A stretch of 64,000 nucleotides of DNA from Lingula anatina (GCA_051362555.1 CM120648.1:6940587-7004586), one strand, 5' to 3'. Positions 39,281 through 52,137 are shown, counted from the stretch's first letter. Translations and numbers: made by a program. Notes: a model not told the origin generated them from the sequence alone.

Positions 39281-40018
39281 TTCTATATATATACCTCCGT
39301 TATCGTTACAGTGTTTAGCAATGCAAGCTCGTAACTTCCAGGAACAACTCTTTCTGTGGCAAGCTTATATGAATAATATGACACGGGCTTCCACAGTTAG
39401 GCCATACATATGCCATATACCACAGTATGAAAGCATCCTAGTATCTGAACACGTAGAAAATATAAAGGGTGGAATTTAGCATAAAATGAGTCGGACTTTG
39501 ACATTTTCTGATGCTATCATTTAAACTGGACCATTTAAAAAAGAACAAATGAGAGATAGGTAGAATCGTAAGGCAACAGATACCCAATACTATGGCATAT
39601 CGAGTTCAAACAATCCTGGAAGATAAATATGTCAGTTATCTATGACACATGAGATACTGCACGATAGTTTGGTAGATTGAATGACAAAAGGGTTTAATTT
39701 TAGAGGGTCGAACGATGTTAGGCGTGCACCTATCTCCCACAGGGCCCTCCTTGAGGACATGGAATTAAATACTTTGTTTAAAACAAAACTTGAATTTTGC
39801 AAAAATAAAATAATAAACAATGCAATTTTGAGTCTATGATATGATGTTAGTTAAACAATATAAACAATTACACATGTTAAACAATCTAAACAATTACACA
39901 ACGTAATATGTAAGGTATTAGCATTAAGGGAAATGTATCCAAACACGGAAAGTTGTTCAAATGGAGCAGTTTCCCCTTTGTTTCTTTTTTTAATATAATG
40001 TTAGTAGTCCCATATAAA

Positions 40019-41266
40019 TCATACTTTAGGAAGTATAATGTCATTAAAGATACCTTTGTAATAACTACTCTTCAATAAAACCGAAAATGGCCTGTTTGCA
40101 ATCATCATCAATTTGCAGTACGGTTTGTGAATTGTAAACCCACGGGTCCAGCGACATGGCACAATGTCTAAAGTTGTGTCAGACTTGGAGCTACAAAAGG
40201 CTGCAATTTTTCTGTTAACTTCTCTCAAAAATTGAACTTCTTCAAAGAAATCCGCATTCTGCTTGTGAAGTATGTTTTCAAATTTTCTCCTGAAATAGTC
40301 ATACAGCAAGAAATCTTCTTCACTGAATTTACGCAGCTTTTCGGGTATTTCCGGGTCTGTGTTTCCTTTTATCAGTTCTTGGTAGTTTTTGCGCTTGACT
40401 TCGTGTATTTTGAGGTATATGACATCTCCAATATCCCAGCAAAACCTGCGTTTCAGCATCACCAACCCCTCGTCTGTGTATTCCATTATCAAAACATAAT
40501 CAAAATCCCGATCTATCTCGTTGATGAAGTTTTGCACTGAAGTTGTCGCAGTAGAATATCCCAAATAATTAATCATTGCGTTGAATAACAACCCAGATTG
40601 TTTGGAGTTATAAAATTTAGGGGTACTGAGATATGTTTTTAACTGATTTTTGCCCTGAATACCAAACTTTTTACTGACGCGGAAGTAATTGAAAGCAGAC
40701 TTGAAACGACTTACTGGTTCTCTCAGCATAACAACATAGACTGAATCCAAAGGCATCAGTTTCTCCACTGCCTTTCGGTCGTATTTACTATGGTGTGTCA
40801 TTATATCATAGTGAGGATTTTTGTCATATTCATCCCTCATGATGTCATATTCCGATTGCTTCAGTCTAAGGAGTGTGTTCTGAGTAGCAGGGAGGACAAC
40901 TTTCAAATCATTACGAAAACCATAGCGAAGAAACACGCTGGCAACGGTGGTCGAACCAGTTTTTGGTATTTTCACGAAGACGATGTGTTTGTTGGGCGTA
41001 CATGACGTCTGTAGATAGGAGTTCGAAGATGACCAATTTCCGGTGGTTAGACGTAATTCCGTATCAACATTTCGACCAGACCAATATACTAAGGAGTTCT
41101 TCAAGTCTCCGATTAAGCATCCCGGCTTAGACCTTGAAAGAAATTGCATAAAATTAATGAAAACGAACGTTGGGGTGATTTCATTGTCAGTTTTGCTTTT
41201 ACATTGTAGGAGAATCACTGCTAATGCCTGACGCAAGCCAAAGACGATGCTTCGACATGTTCCCAT
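40019..41266 (-). CDS. Galactose-3-O-sulfotransferase family protein (Gal3ST-like), copy 2
   Basis: 415-aa ORF with the same KTGSTT and REP-xx-RFKSAF motifs, collinear with copy 1. The frame extends up to an acceptor near 41308. Confidence 0.9.
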   Translation of the reverse strand: MGTCRSIVFGLRQALAVILLQCKSKTDNEITPTFVFINFMQFLSRSKPGCLIGDLKNSLVYWSGRNVDTELRLTTGNWSSSNSYLQTSCTPNKHIVFVKIPKTGSTTVASVFLRYGFRNDLKVVLPATQNTLLRLKQSEYDIMRDEYDKNPHYDIMTHHSKYDRKAVEKLMPLDSVYVVMLREPVSRFKSAFNYFRVSKKFGIQGKNQLKTYLSTPKFYNSKQSGLLFNAMINYLGYSTATTSVQNFINEIDRDFDYVLIMEYTDEGLVMLKRRFCWDIGDVIYLKIHEVKRKNYQELIKGNTDPEIPEKLRKFSEEDFLLYDYFRRKFENILHKQNADFFEEVQFLREVNRKIAAFCSSKSDTTLDIVPCRWTRGFTIHKPYCKLMMIANRPFSVLLKSSYYKGIFNDIILPKV

Positions 41267-41817
41267 ACACGAAAAATGACTTTGAAGCCACCTAAATTGC
41301 AGTCCTATCTATAAAGAGAAGTTAATCAATAAATAATGCGTTTCTTTTTAATTATTTCTAAGATAGACGTAGACGACGTAGATATTAATCGAGGCCATTA
41401 CGTAATGATTTGAATTATTTTTGACGTACGGCGTTTATATTAGTCCTTATTAAAAAATATGTGTTCAGAAAACCGTTTGTTTATTTCACAAGGACTTTCA
41501 TAAAAGTATGAAGATTTTTTTCAACTTACGCCTTAATGGTAGAATCCCCTTCGTAAGAAATACGTCGATTTCCACCTCTGAGGTCGATGGAGTGTTTGCT
41601 TCTAACTCCCAGGAAATAAAATACAATACTGCCTGTAAATATGCAAACTATCATAAGGATCGCAAGTTTCCATTTCAGTCCTGACATGGTGCTTTATAAC
41701 CCGCGCCGTGCAGTACCAACTTATTTCACTGCTTTCGTACTGATGACTAACAATTACCTACCACCAGCATTAAGTTTATACAGTTGCAGGTTGTAGATAA
41801 ATATTAATGATCTGTTT

Positions 41818-41857
41818 GCTCCCCAGATGAGGCCTCCGGGCGAAACGGCTGTAGGAC
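41818..41857 (+). ncRNA. Degenerate hammerhead ribozyme motif
   Basis: CCC-CAGAUGA-GGCCUCCGGGC-GAAAC-GGCU-GUA-GG; core CUGA changed to CAGA. Confidence 0.45.
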
Positions 41858-42077
41858 ACAATTAACACACGAAGCAATTAGACTAATTTAGCACATTTTA
41901 TCTCTCTCTCTCTCTCTCTTCACATATATATATATATATATATATATTAAAAATATATATTTATTATACAATTAACACACGAAGCAAACAGACTAATTTA
42001 GTACATTTTATCTCTCTCTCTCTCTCTCTCTCTTTATATATATATATATATTAAAAATATATATTTATTAAAAAAAT

Positions 42078-42116
42078 GCCCTACGGCCGTTTCGGCCCTG
42101 AAGCCTCGTCAGGGGC
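42078..42116 (-). ncRNA. Intact type I hammerhead ribozyme
   Basis: Minus strand GCCC-CUGACGA-GGCU-UCAG-GGCC-GAAAC-GGCC-GUA-GGGC. Complete core, stem I GCCC/GGGC, stem II GGCU/GGCC, palindromic stem III ACGGCCGU, GUA cleavage triplet. Confidence 0.85.
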
Positions 42117-42149
42117 GAAAACAAAACCAAGCTAGCAACATGTTGTCAA

Positions 42150-42285
42150 TTTCAGTCTCAGAATTTTGCTGTTACATTGTAAGACCACTGCTGATGCCTG
42201 ATGCAAGCCAAAGACGATGCTTCGAAATATTCCCTTACACGAAAAATTACTTTGAAGCCACCTAAACTGCAATCCTATCCATAAA
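42150..42285 (-). pseudogene. 5' stub of a third Gal3ST copy (a fourth, shorter stub lies at about 36001-36035)
   Basis: Aligns with 41195-41310 and 35030-35145 (gcctgacgcaagccaaagacgatg...tgactttgaagccacctaaa) but ends near the hammerhead/microsatellite. Confidence 0.75.
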
Positions 42286-42724
42286 GAGAAGTTAATCAAT
42301 AAATAAATTGTTTCTTTTTAATTATTTCTAAGATAGACAAACTGTATGCAGTTGACGTAAGTATTAAACGAGGCCATTACGTAATGATTTCAATTTTTCT
42401 CTTAAGGCGTTTATATTAGTCCTTATTTCAAAATATGTGTTCAGAAAACCGTTGATTTGTTTCACAAGAACTTTCGTATAAGTATGAAGATATTTCAACT
42501 TACGGTTTAATGGTAGAGTCCCTTGCGTAAGAAATATGTCGATTTCCACCTCTGAGATCTATGGAGGGTTTGCTTCTAACTACCAGGAAATAAAATACAA
42601 TACTGCCTGTAAGTATGCAAACTATCATAAGGATCGCAGGCTTCCATTTCAGTCCTGACATGGTGCTTTATAACCCGCGCCGTGCAGTACCAACTTGTTT
42701 CACCGCTTTCCTTCTGATGACTTA

Positions 42725-42927
42725 GACCCCATTTCCAGAGATTAGATCGACCTAACTCCCTGGGGGTTCACGCTAAATAGCTGTCAGCCGAGCGGACACG
42801 AATGTTAATTACCCCCTTACAGCTTGTAGTAGGCGGGACGGACATTTAAGCCGGATTATCTGACAGTAATCTACTAGTGAGACTCCCCGCGGGGATAGAT
42901 CGATCTAAAAGCTCTGGGAATACAGCC
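42725..42927. mobile_element. PIF/Harbinger-like MITE, copy 1
   Basis: Flanked by TTA on both sides; imperfect TIRs around ATT(T/C)CCAGAG; reverse complement of 58809-59023; absent from paralogous unit copies such as about 41745. Confidence 0.8.
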
Positions 42928-42990
42928 TTAAAAAGCCTACCACCAGCATTATACAGTTGCAGGTTGTAGATAAATATTAATGATCTGTTT

Positions 42991-43031
42991 GCGCCCCAGA
43001 TGAGGCCTCTGGGCCGAAACGGCTGTAGGAC
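42991..43031 (+). ncRNA. Degenerate hammerhead ribozyme motif
   Basis: CCC-CAGAUGA-GGCC-UCUG-GGCC-GAAAC-GGCU-GUA-GG; stem II intact, core U4 changed to A. Confidence 0.5.
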
Positions 43032-43065
43032 ACAATTAAGATGAAGCAAACAGACTGATTTAGTA

Positions 43066-43149
<84 letters not shown>

Positions 43150-43180
43150 GTAAAAGTGCTTTTCCTCTACGAGTATATAT

Positions 43181-43330
43181 TATATATAATAAAAAGAAAA
43201 AAAGAACATCAGCTATTTTGCCCCGACCGGTTTCATTCTACCTTCAGGGGGTTTTGTTTATTTGTTACAAAGTCATAAAGGCTAAAATGTGACGTCTGTA
43301 ACAATGGGTGTTTAATTGTTGCTTTTTCCA
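43181..43330 (-). mobile_element. PLE 3'-terminal fragment with a minimal hammerhead (43221-43251), same family as 361-510
   Basis: Closely similar to 361-510; minus strand CCCC-CUGAAGG-UAGAAU-GAAAC-CG-GUC-GGGG; adjacent to (TA)n. Confidence 0.8.
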
Positions 43331-44052
43331 TACCAGGACCGACTGACAATGGTCTTGGGGATCCGACAGCTGCATTCAGTAAAATGGGCCTCTGAAAAAA
43401 TGGGCCTGGCGATTCAAGGCGAACTTCAGAGGAGAGCTGCAACCAAAAGTGTAGCTACTGACAAATCCACAGGTCATCTCCGTGCCGCTGTCTCGTACTT
43501 ACCATGATCAACATTGCCAGAAGAACCAGCACTAAATCTGCCATCACCACTGCGTCAGAATCACGGGCTTCGTCTTTCCCGCCAATTAGTGAACAGGAGA
43601 CTCGCCCGGCATGGCTATAGGACAAGAAGGATGGTAAAGAAGCCTGAGTTAACACATAACCATCACGTGAACAGGATATGCTGAACAGAAACCTAACAGT
43701 CGTGCACTGGAACGAACAATGAAGTTTTCACAGATGAATCCAGTTTTCTACAATACCCATGTGAAGGCCGTCAGCGAATGGGTCGTATTACTTGCAAACA
43801 GAAGTAAAGAAAATGTACCAGAAATCGAGTCAGGAAAGACCGCTCTGTTGTGTGTGTGTGTGCTATCGTCCACTTGTCCTCATGTGATCATATAAAAATG
43901 GGAGTGGGTAAGGGAACGAGCTGCAGTACTTCGAGTAAATGGATGATGTCATGTGACTTTATTTTATAATTGAAAAAACGATGAACATCGATTTAAATGT
44001 TTTTATTGATTGACCCCCTAGACAAAAGCAAATATGATACTTCGATTTTCTT

Positions 44053-44104
<52 letters not shown>

Positions 44105-44161
44105 ACAATTAGGTCATACATATTCCATATACTACCGTATGAAAGCATCCTAGTATCTGAA

Positions 44162-44722
44162 CTTCTTCTGCATGTGCCAAGTCTGTTGCAGACATCGGCG
44201 ATCATGGCCTTCCATTCCTCTCTGTTGTCAGTTCTCCTGATGAGTTCATTGTTGGGGGATTCTTTCCTCGTTGCGAGGCTATTCAGACTGTCTGTGTATT
44301 TTGTGCGTTGTCTTCCTCTGCTTTTGGTACCACAAATCTTTCCACACAGTATTTGCTTTTCTATTCCATCAGCTCTGATTATGTACCCAAAAATTTGTGG
44401 TTGTCTTTTTCTGATGGTTCTGAGTAGGGATCTTTTGCACCCACCCATTTCCATAACTTCTTCGTTTGACTTCTTTTCAGTCCATGATATTCTCATAATT
44501 CTTCTGATATACCACATTTCTGCTGCTTGAAGTCTTCTTTCGAGGTCTTTTGTTAGCGTCCAGCATTCACATCCGTACAGAAGGATGGACCATATGTAGG
44601 CTTTCAGAGTGTTGATTTTTGTGCTGAGTCTTATATTTCTGTTGGTGAAGAAGGGCCTCACCTTGGTGAATGTGTCTTTAGACAAAGCGATTCTCTTCTT
44701 TATTTCTGTGTCGCATCTGGCG
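44162..44722 (-). mobile_element. 5'-truncated RTE-clade LINE (C-terminal post-RT region)
   Basis: EIKKRIALSK...IWSILLYGCECWTLTKDLERRLQAAEMWYIRRIMRISWTEKKSNEEV...KSRGRQRTKYTD...REEWKAMI, ending in an AGAAGAAG tail. Confidence 0.88.
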
Positions 44723-45978
44723 ATTTTCATGATCACACTTTCTGTGTGTGCGTTTTTATACTAAGTATAACATTCCATGGTGCATTAAAAGCGTTTTTGT
44801 TTTTTAAAATACAATCTGCATTCAAAAGAACTAATTTTCATGGCCCATATTGAATAACCCATTTTATTAACAGGAAATGTGCCATATAACCATTTTTTTG
44901 TTTCTGTTCCATGTGTTATAATGTCTGCAACGCCACAACTGTATAATAAAAAAATGTTGACTTTTGTAACAAAATCAATATATTTTTAGGTGTGACAACC
45001 ATTTTTAGAAACAGTGTCTAATTTGTATTTGTACAGAGCAAAATATAAATATATTTTTAAAAATCCTTAAAAATATTTTTAAAACGCATTACGTCACGCG
45101 TATTTGAGTCCCGCACCCAAGTAGTATTGTACCTCAAACTGCGCGCGTTCAAGCTCATGAATTGCCAAAATATCACGACAGGAAACAGTCAATTGATAAA
45201 CAACGCCTGTAGTGTGACTGAAAGATTTCTTTATTCAAAAATATTCGCAATAAGAGCTACACTAATATTGAAGTCCAGCTCCAAGTCATGAAACAAATAG
45301 TAACCCCATCAAAAAAAGTCACAAAAAGAGAAGAAAAAATAACTTTAAGAGGTCATCTTTTTGATTTTCACTTTTAGTTTTCTGTGGTTCTATTCACTCT
45401 GGGGTTCAGAACTTGAAGAATACTAACCTCTATCGTGTATATACAGTATTAGAAGTGGCGTGTAGATTCCAGTGAACAATGAAACTCAGGATGACTACCC
45501 CCATCCCCTCTCCCCCCGCCCCTGCCGCCCATCTGGACAAATTAAACTGCCATGCTGCAAATAAATCGTTGTAAAGAGAAGTTGCATCAGTATTGCCGAT
45601 TTTCATGATCACGTGTGCAGTAATCTCTACCATTCTTCTCGGGAAATTCTAATATCTTATACTCTCCATCATACCACCAGTTATATATACCAGTAGATAC
45701 ATCAATGTCTTCAATATAAGTAAATAATGGGTTATTTTACCATATAGATATTACTACGTCTTACACGCAATGTATTTAAGTGGGACATGTCTTATGTTAT
45801 TATATGAAAGAATCAACTTCTACTTATTTGAAATATACATTGTATTTACACGATTACCGCCCAGCAAGTAAATCAAAATAGCAATTCATTAATATTAAAT
45901 ATCAGTTTAAAACAGGAAAGTTCATGTAAATGTAAGTAACAGTACACATCAAGCCCGATAGAACATTTGAAATATAAA

Positions 45979-46484
45979 CTAACGATTTCCCTTGTCGACC
46001 ATGAAATCATCGTCGGACGCGAGGGAATCAAACTCCAGTTTGTCGTCAGCTGGAAAAACTTTTAATTCATCTGGGTCAACGTATCCTGGATTATCATAAC
46101 TAGACCTTAGGTTAACATTGACGGGGGTTTCATATCCGGGATTCTCGCTCTTAGGCCTAACACCGACACCAGACGGCGTCGCATATTCTGGATTTACATT
46201 TTGTGGCTTCTCTTGGACGGTCACTGGAGTTGAGATGTTGTCATTCTTCCCTCCAGCGCTGCTTCCTGCAGGTACTGTGCGAAGATTGTTCGGTTTGGCT
46301 TGAACATTCATCGCTAGTGGCGTCGGGGTCGCGTACCCAGGATTGTCAAACGTGACGTTGCAGTAGTCGCTGTTTGATTCATTTGGCGTCCGATATACGA
46401 TGGCTAACTCTGCCTTCAATTTTCTGTAAATAAAGAACGTATACATGAACATATATAAGGATTAAACTATAAAATTGGAGGTTC

Positions 46485-46534
<50 letters not shown>

Positions 46535-49335
46535 TCAAAATGAACAGTTATTATCCTATTAAGTTGGCAACGGCGGCTTTAGGGAAAAGGAGGTCAATGG
46601 TCGTCTTTGTGCCCCTTTTTTATAGCATTATCTAGAACTCGCTAGTGTAGTTTTGTGTTCTTTTATGGGTGGAGTCGCATATTTCCTTCTTAAACTTATA
46701 CATTAGTATTTGAATATGTATGAATTTAGGCATTACCTTACTTGTCTTCTATAGAAAGAAATAACAATGACGATGACAATAAGAATCAGAAGAACACCAC
46801 CAATGGCAAGCCCAATGTATAAGCCTGAAAACGAAACCGAAAATTGTGAATGCGGTAATTACCTCCAATCATACAATTAAAAAGTGATACCTTGTTAGCT
46901 GATAAGTAACTTTTAAATGCATGACAAAAGAAAAAAGTCTTACACAATATTTGACAAGTGTGCATTTTTGGCTGTCAGTATGTGTTACGAATGGTATCCC
47001 TATCAAAGACAAACACCTTTTGGCTTAACATTCATCCTCACAGGCACCACATTTTTTTCAAACTGTACAGCCCACGTCCAGTGCTAGCTACAGTCCTTAC
47101 CTAGCATGTCTCCCTCCTTGGCTTCGCCTATTTGACTTTGTTCTGCACTCTGACCACCTGACAATATAAGACATTAAATTCCATTTTTAATAATGAATAT
47201 CTAAAACAGTTTAAAGCGGTGCTATGAGTAAAGTTGCTGTTACACTTAATTAACTTGATAAAATAAAAAAAAATATCACACCACATGGAACCTTTTCACA
47301 AAAACAATATGTTAGCAAGGGTTTCCTCCTAAAAGATATTTTACCAAGGTTATGTCTGTCTCCATATAGTGTTTATTTCTTCGTTAGCATTTGTTAATCT
47401 CTGTCTACAACCCTGAGACACCAGGTGTGTCCTTTTAAGTCTTAGAAATGGGTTCTTGGTGGGTCCCTAGAGAATTGTACCCTTTAGGATTGCCAAACTG
47501 GGCTCACAGAATCCACGTGTAGTAATTTTAAAAGTTCTCCTTCAACTTCCAAATATCCCATATGGAACCTAAGTAAAACCCATACCAAAGCCCACAGACG
47601 GCCCTCTAGCCTTGTTCTTACCCAAAAGGTCTTCCTCTGGATATTTTGAGAGAGAAATTCAGGGAAACTATTGAAGAACACGTTCTAATCAAGCTCAGCT
47701 GAGGCCTTTATGGAGCCAATTTTGGGCACTGAGTACAGTTTGGGTTTTCAAATGTGTCTCAGTCCTGGAAAGGCTATTGGTTTTCCCATGTCGTCTGTGT
47801 AGTGCAGAGTACTTGGGTTCACAGTGGGCTGAATAATAGCTCTTATTGGACCTATGCAGAACCCATGGCTAAGCCAACTTCCACGAAACCCAGTTCGTTT
47901 GTTTGAAAATCCACAATTTTGTCATTGGCATATCTGATTAGTTTGAAAAAATATTTGTAGTTTAGAAATCGACTTTTTATACCTTACCTGGTTTGGACCA
48001 CTTTTCTGTTGTAGTTGTTGCAAACTTCTGCTCAGATTTCGTGGTTGAGGGTGAAGAAGTCGATGCTGTAGGACTTGCTGTCGTTGACGACGTTGGTCTG
48101 TTAGTTGGAGTCAGTGTTGTTGTGGGTGTCGTGGCGATGGTGGTAGAAGGCAGTGTAGTAGTTGTAGGTCGTGTACTTGTTGTAGGGGGTGTTGTAGTAG
48201 TAGCTGTTGTTGTAGTCGTAGGGGTTGTTGTAGTCGGTGTAGTGGTTGTAGTGGTAGTTGTAGTAGGTGGTGTAGTTGTAGTGGGCGTAGTAGTTGTAGT
48301 TGTAGTAGGCGTAGTCGTAGTAGTTGTAGTCGATGTGGTTGTAGTAGTAGTAGTAGCTGTTGTTGTAGTGGGTGTTGTTGTTGTTGTAGTGGGTGTTGTT
48401 GTTGTTGTTGTAGTGGGTGTTGTTGTTGTTGTTGTAGTGGGTGTTGTTGTTGTTGTTGTAGTGGGTGATGTTGTTGTTGTTGTAGAAGTTGTAGTTGTTG
48501 TTGTAGGTGGCGACATATCTGCAAGAGAATTTGAAATCATCAATCAGTCCGACCTTGTATTTCTCTGCTCACAAATCTGCAGAGCATTTTAAAGATATAG
48601 TCCTGGAAGAGGCTATGACTTAGGTGTTCTATGCATTTACTTAACATAAGGTTATTTAGCCTACAGTAGTATACTGATTTTATATGATATAAGTTTGATA
48701 TTGTATTATTTATTATAATATTATTTTGATATTATATTCCATGCACCCTGTCAGTAGCACGGTCTGTTGCAGAATTAAGCGATAATAATAAATAATACAT
48801 GAATATCAACATATATATATAGTATTAAAACCTGTAGCATTATTACAATCTCAAATACTCGAGAATGTGACAACCATTTTGAGCAAAAGTGTATGAAAAA
48901 GATGCTTTTCCAGCGTATACGACTATGTCTTCATAGCCATGTACCAAATAATATAACTAATAGATGTATGATAATACAAAGACAAGGGGTAGATTGGAAT
49001 CATCAGATCTAGAAAAGAGAGCCGAGAACAGGGATAGATGGATGGTCTGAGGGATAAATGGCCTTTGCTATAAAAGGGGGAAACGGACATACAGTAAGCT
49101 TAATCCCAAGCATGAGAACAGCAAACGTATATACTTACTGTACATACAGATGAACTTGTAGTGGTAGCTTAGGGTATTACATGGGTATGTTCCCCAGCGC
49201 CAGTTGTGTTCTCTTCTCAGCACCCCGCAGTCATTGACGTGGTAGGCAGGCCAGTAACCATGGGGCTCGTTCGGACCCCAGTTGGTGTACGACCACGTGG
49301 CCCCTGATTGTGAAGAGAGAATGTTCTGTATATTT

Positions 49336-49383
<48 letters not shown>

Positions 49384-52137
49384 CGGGTGGCTTGCTCTAA
49401 CTCCCAATATGTACAAAAAGAGAATATGATACTATTCACTGTTAAATTCAATATGTGATTTACTGTAACTCCCATAGTGTACACTTCGAAACTTAATGTA
49501 GACCAGTAACCATGTGGAACGGAGAACGTTGTAAACCGCTGTAAACCATGCGGAGATAAGAGAGAGAATTTTGTAATTCATACGAGAAGGAGGGAAGAGA
49601 GCACGCTCACCAGAATTCCACTGCCAAGACCCTTCGCTATGCATGTCGTGCGCCCCAAACCACACCCCGTTATTGTCCCAATGCCCCAAACCGTTTAACC
49701 GGCTCCTAATGAAGTCCATGGTACTTTGGTCGTATATCTCCACCAGCATCCCCCCGCTATAACTGCAGTAGCTCTGTGCCTCGCCCCAGTATCTCTCCAT
49801 GTTGACAAACTGGTAGCATTTCTGGCCATAGGTATAAACTGTGTAAGCCAGGCCACTCGGGCACCTGTACAACTGACTGCCTGAAGAACAAATGTTTCAG
49901 TTATAATTAATACGTAATCGTTTATAAAAGTTTTGATAAAGTGTGTTAGACTATATAGTTTTTGTACATGATTATGGCGCAGTAATAAGTATAAACATAC
50001 TTCAAATTGTGGCTGTACAGTAGTTTAAGTGGCGGTAATTAAGAAACATCTTGCTTATAGTCGTTATATATAAAAGTGTACTTGGGTCCAAATGAATTAA
50101 TTAATACATACAAAGATAGATGCAGTAGTGGTAGTGAGGCAATGACGGAATAATTTAATCATATTCTGTGCTCAAATATATTTTCAATCACTGCCCGCTC
50201 ACCATATTCCAATTACTTGACTCTAATTTTCTCGGCAGTGGAAAACTGTGTTGGGTTTGCCCGTCGGGAATTGGTGTAAAGAAACTGAGGGCAGGTGTAA
50301 CAGAGAGTCCGCCCTCCATTAGATACATACAGGGGTTACTGTTAGCGTGACGGCACTGGGTTCAATTCTAGGCCAGAGCTTACCCGTACAAATCAATGTC
50401 AACCGTTGTCGCCGGCGAGAGAAACCCCTGTGATACAGGGTTCGATTACCATTGATTATAGATTACGTAAGCCCCTTCTTAAACTTGACTCACTTACGTC
50501 AAGCTTACCCTAACCTGTGTGAATTTAATGGAGGGAGGATTTTCTGCCACTTGTCCCCTCACTTCCTCAACAGCAGCCTAAGTCTTTTTTATCTCGTTCT
50601 TCCCTCAATACGGCCTCATTGCTCATGTGAACACCAGAAATAGCTCTTTTTCACCGCCCTAGTTATATGCACAGTCACAATACACCATGACCTAATACCA
50701 GCTAAAGACCATATGAGTGTAATTCATCAGTGCCTGCGGCTGTAAACAGGCATTATCAATGCCCCTGTTCGTATGCTTTAAGTACAGATATTATAGATGT
50801 TTTTTTTTTCTATTCTTACTTTCTTTTCTTTTTTTTCTTTTGTGACAAAAAAGGTAATCTATGGTATATAGCACCAATAGCGTACGACTGGTTACGTTAT
50901 CCTCCAACACACACACACGCACACACACGCTTGCACGCACACACACACGCGTGCGCTCAAACAAGCACATACATATGCATGCACTTCTATCTGCTCGCAA
51001 ATAAACGAGTAATGATTAAGAGAGTCAAAAAGACACACTCATGCGTAGACATGTATACCCGAACAGTCATGAGAGAATACCTGCATACCTTCAGAAGAGG
51101 TACAGTACTCTCTACAAGAGTCACAGATTTATTTCACTTTAGATATTCACAGATATGTCTAGACATGGTGAAATGTCGGGTCTACTGGTCATGACACTGA
51201 TTCTGAATCATTCCGACTTGGAAATGCTATAATTTTTTTACTTACGTGTCGGCAGAGAAAAAGCTCCATTTTCGTTACTTCCCCCTTTTTTATGTAGACA
51301 TATTATGTCTCTGGCTAATTCATCATACAATTCCCTACTGTGTGGCGTAGGAAAAAGTACTCATAATTAATCGTTTCAGTGAGACGCTATTTTACCTATC
51401 ACCTTCGTCCATTCTAATACCACGGCCTTAATAAGTTGTAACAGGAATGACAGTCCGAGAAAAGGAAGTCCGTGGTCCCGTATGGTTAGTACAGGTATAT
51501 TGTCGGAGTATTGGGGTTTATATCTGCAGGGTTTATATCATATATAAATATGTAACCTGTGTAGAGTACTGGGGATCGGACTACAGTTTGAACAATGCCT
51601 GTCACACCGTCACTGCTAACAATACATGTGGTCAACCCAGCATATATTTGTTCAATACAAATACATTCATTTCTAACCGTAAATATCGACCCAAGTTGAC
51701 AAATATTCCGCAAGTCTTTAAAGTTCAGTTAAGTATTCAATTTTTTCATTTTTTTCTATAAAATCGTTTGTCTGCAGTTTGTCAAAATGCAGGATTGCCT
51801 GTGTTATACTTTTGAAAATTTCAAAATACTCAAAATGTTTATGTTCACTTATGTCTATTGCGTACCTTTACCCCTGTCTTTATTGTTCATCGCATTTTAT
51901 TAGCAATAGCTCTAAGCGGGCACCTATAAATGTAAACAAACTAAATCCATTCAAGCTCTGAATAATATATAAAGCAATTAAGACCGTAGATTTAACAGCC
52001 GTGAAAAAAAGCCAGCTTGGGGTACATAAGTGTGAATTAACCCATAATAAATAATAATAATTACCTTGGCCCCAGTATGATGTCATCAATAACAACAAAA
52101 GGTGAAGCCACAGCGTTTTCCCTGAAGCACCGGTCAT
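45979..52137 (-). CDS. Lectin gene D: C-type lectin - Thr/Pro mucin stalk - TM - cytoplasmic tail with four NPxY motifs
   Basis: Exons: 52137-52065 (MTGASGKTLWLHLLLLLMTSYWGQ); 49880-49611 (CTL-1); 49303-49139 (CTL-2: NWGPNEPHGYWP...WGTYPC); 48518-47988 (mucin, 177 codons); 47157-47101; TM 46824-46737 (GLYIGLAIGGVLLILIVIVIVISFYRRQVR); 46423-45979 (FDNPGY, VNPEY, SENPGY, YDNPGY; stop). Confidence 0.93.

Noticed and set aside
50240-50460. B-box-like GGTTCRA motifs suggesting a tRNA or SINE
   Set aside because: No cloverleaf, convincing A box or TSD could be found; at most an old repeat.
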